Source of the DNA: Isurus oxyrinchus
Taxonomy: Eukaryota
Reading direction: 5' to 3'
DNA: 64,000 nt
Assembly (NCBI GenBank): GCA_026770705.1
Contig: JANJGN010000014.1
Coordinates: forward strand, 113,026,001 to 113,090,000
The notes beneath the pieces are model-generated. The model saw only the letters and a program-made list of their open reading frames with translations. It ran no database searches and was not told the DNA's origin. Position numbers and translations under genes: made by a program. The first letter of the stretch is position 1. The number at the start of each line of letters is the position of its first letter. This document shows positions 62,371 through 64,000 of this stretch, piece by piece.

Positions 62371-63559
62371 GAGTCGAAGGCACTGGGTGAGGAGTACTAC
62401 ATAACTGTGCAGGAAGAGGCATCAGAAGCAAAGACATCTGTGGACAGTCCCCCTCGGAGGGGAGTGGGCAGTTTCAGTGAAACTCCACGAGGCAGTGAGG
62501 TAGAGCCTCTGGAGACAGTGTTTGAGGATCATTACTTAGACCTGCAGCAGCAGATGTTGGCCATCTGTTGGAGTTCCCTGAGGCATTGAGAGCTCACACA
62601 CTGTAAATGAAGGAGTCCCTTATGTAGATGAGCTCAGCCATATGTCAGGTCTTCATATGCATGAGCTTCACCCATGAGTGAATGATCAAACACCTGGAGA
62701 GCCACAAGCAGCCTCACCTGGGCTGCATGCAGGAGCAGCATGATGTCCTGTACAGGGTACATGGTTCTCTCCACATTGTGGACCAGTTTGTTTGGATCCT
62801 GAGTGCTGAAGTCTATGGAATCCCGAGGAGATAACAACCCTAAACAGCACACTCACATAGAGGGCGCAACAGTAGTAGAGGATGCCAGCTGTGCCTCATC
62901 AGCAGACCCCTTCAAGCCAGCCGGAGAATACATCAAGGGCTGAAGACATTCCAGAGGAGGATGAGTGTTACATGCAGAATGAAGGAGCCTCATCATGCTT
63001 AGCCTCTGCACCAGAGGGAGCTCCTGTATTGTAAGTCCCAGTGATAATGGCTGCCCCTTCAGAGATTCATGCAGCACAGTTACAGGCAGGTCCCCAACAG
63101 GTCCCTGCATGAAAAGGCCAACTGTCACAGTCCTCACAGCTGCATAGCCAGAGTTGTGAGCAGGCTGCCTCCACCTCCTCTGAGGCAACAAGGCTAAGTA
63201 CTGCATAGGAATGTCCGCATTTGCAGGTACATGTTGTCTCGAACACTGAATGAGTCACTGTGGTGTGTTATATATGTAAATGTTGAAGCAAATTGCCTGA
63301 CTCACTGCTGTATTGAAGTCATTGGCTTTTGCAATTGTCTGCATGCTATTCACCTATCTATATTAAAGCATGTTTTTACAATATAAACAGAAATCAATAG
63401 GTTCTGACCTGTGCCAGTGGAGACTGCAGCCAGTAGATGATCCATATGTGCTGGTTGTATTGGGAAGGATGTTGGCTTGGTTGTCATTGTGAAGGTTCAG
63501 GCTTTATCCCGGGCCAGGCTTGTGTTCCATCATCAGCCTCTCAAGGTGCCCTCAGCTGA

Positions 63560-64000
63560 ACTGCTGCAGGATCAGTAGGTCCCTAGCAACAATGTCAGCC
63601 TGCCTGGATCCCTCTCCACATTTCCCAGCCCATCCTACACCATGTCTCTGCCATCCAACCTGTGATCTGACTCCTCTGTCTGTAAGTACCCTGGCCCTTC
63701 TTCTTCATCTCCTCCACTTCTGAGGTTATGGGGCCTTCCTTGTGCTCTGCCTCCTTAAGTGCCAATCCCCACTGCTGAGCCATGTTGTGCAGCATGCAGC
63801 ACATGGTGACCATTCAGGAGACTCTAGCAGGTGAGTATTTGCAGTGCTTCACCAGAGCAGTCAAAACATCAAAATCTCATTCTGAGCAGACTTACATTGT
63901 ATGGACCCTGGGACTCAGTGTGAGGATCTCTCAGTGGGGTTAGAAGCTACTTCCTTAAATGTAGCCCTTGTCCCTCAGAATCCACCCACATACTGGGGAG
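63560..64000 (-). pseudogene. Harbinger DDE transposase C-terminal remnant
   Basis: GWILRDKGY.., LQILTC.RVS.MVTMCCMLHNMAQQWG (cf. HARBI1 GDSGY / CCxLHN). Confidence 0.75.

Noticed and set aside
1-64000. CRISPR arrays, rRNA or prokaryotic operons
   Set aside because: No regularly spaced repeat-spacer array or rRNA motif was seen; the DNA is vertebrate and repeat-rich.

Overview
Eukaryotic, repeat-dense vertebrate DNA. The repeat set (DeuSINE/SacSINE1-like SINE, CR1, RTE, Vingi, Penelope, Harbinger) suggests a cartilaginous fish, most likely a shark; this is inference. No complete host gene is visible, only a possible minus-strand terminal exon near 13.8 kb. The window is a nest of mostly decayed mobile elements: (1) an endogenous retrovirus (5' LTR 7791-8269, tRNA-Ser PBS, gag-pro-pol, minus strand) whose pol is interrupted by a young Penelope-like element (PLE) inserted as a 3.8-kb inverted repeat with a perfect 16-bp TSD; (2) three ~220-240-bp fold-back elements made only of the PLE hammerhead-bearing terminus; (3) a near full-length CR1/L2-group LINE whose 5' end is a tRNA-derived head, plus a matching SINE; (4) CR1, RTE, L2 and Vingi LINE remnants; (5) a full-length degenerate Gypsy element and two solo LTRs; (6) many PIF/Harbinger remnants (DDE transposase, intron-containing Myb/SANT genes, MITEs with 3-bp TSDs). 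The most interesting signals are the PLE/hammerhead hairpin series, including a non-canonical CUGUYGA core, and the tRNA-headed LINE/SINE pair. Family assignments come from motif recognition by eye, not from database searches.
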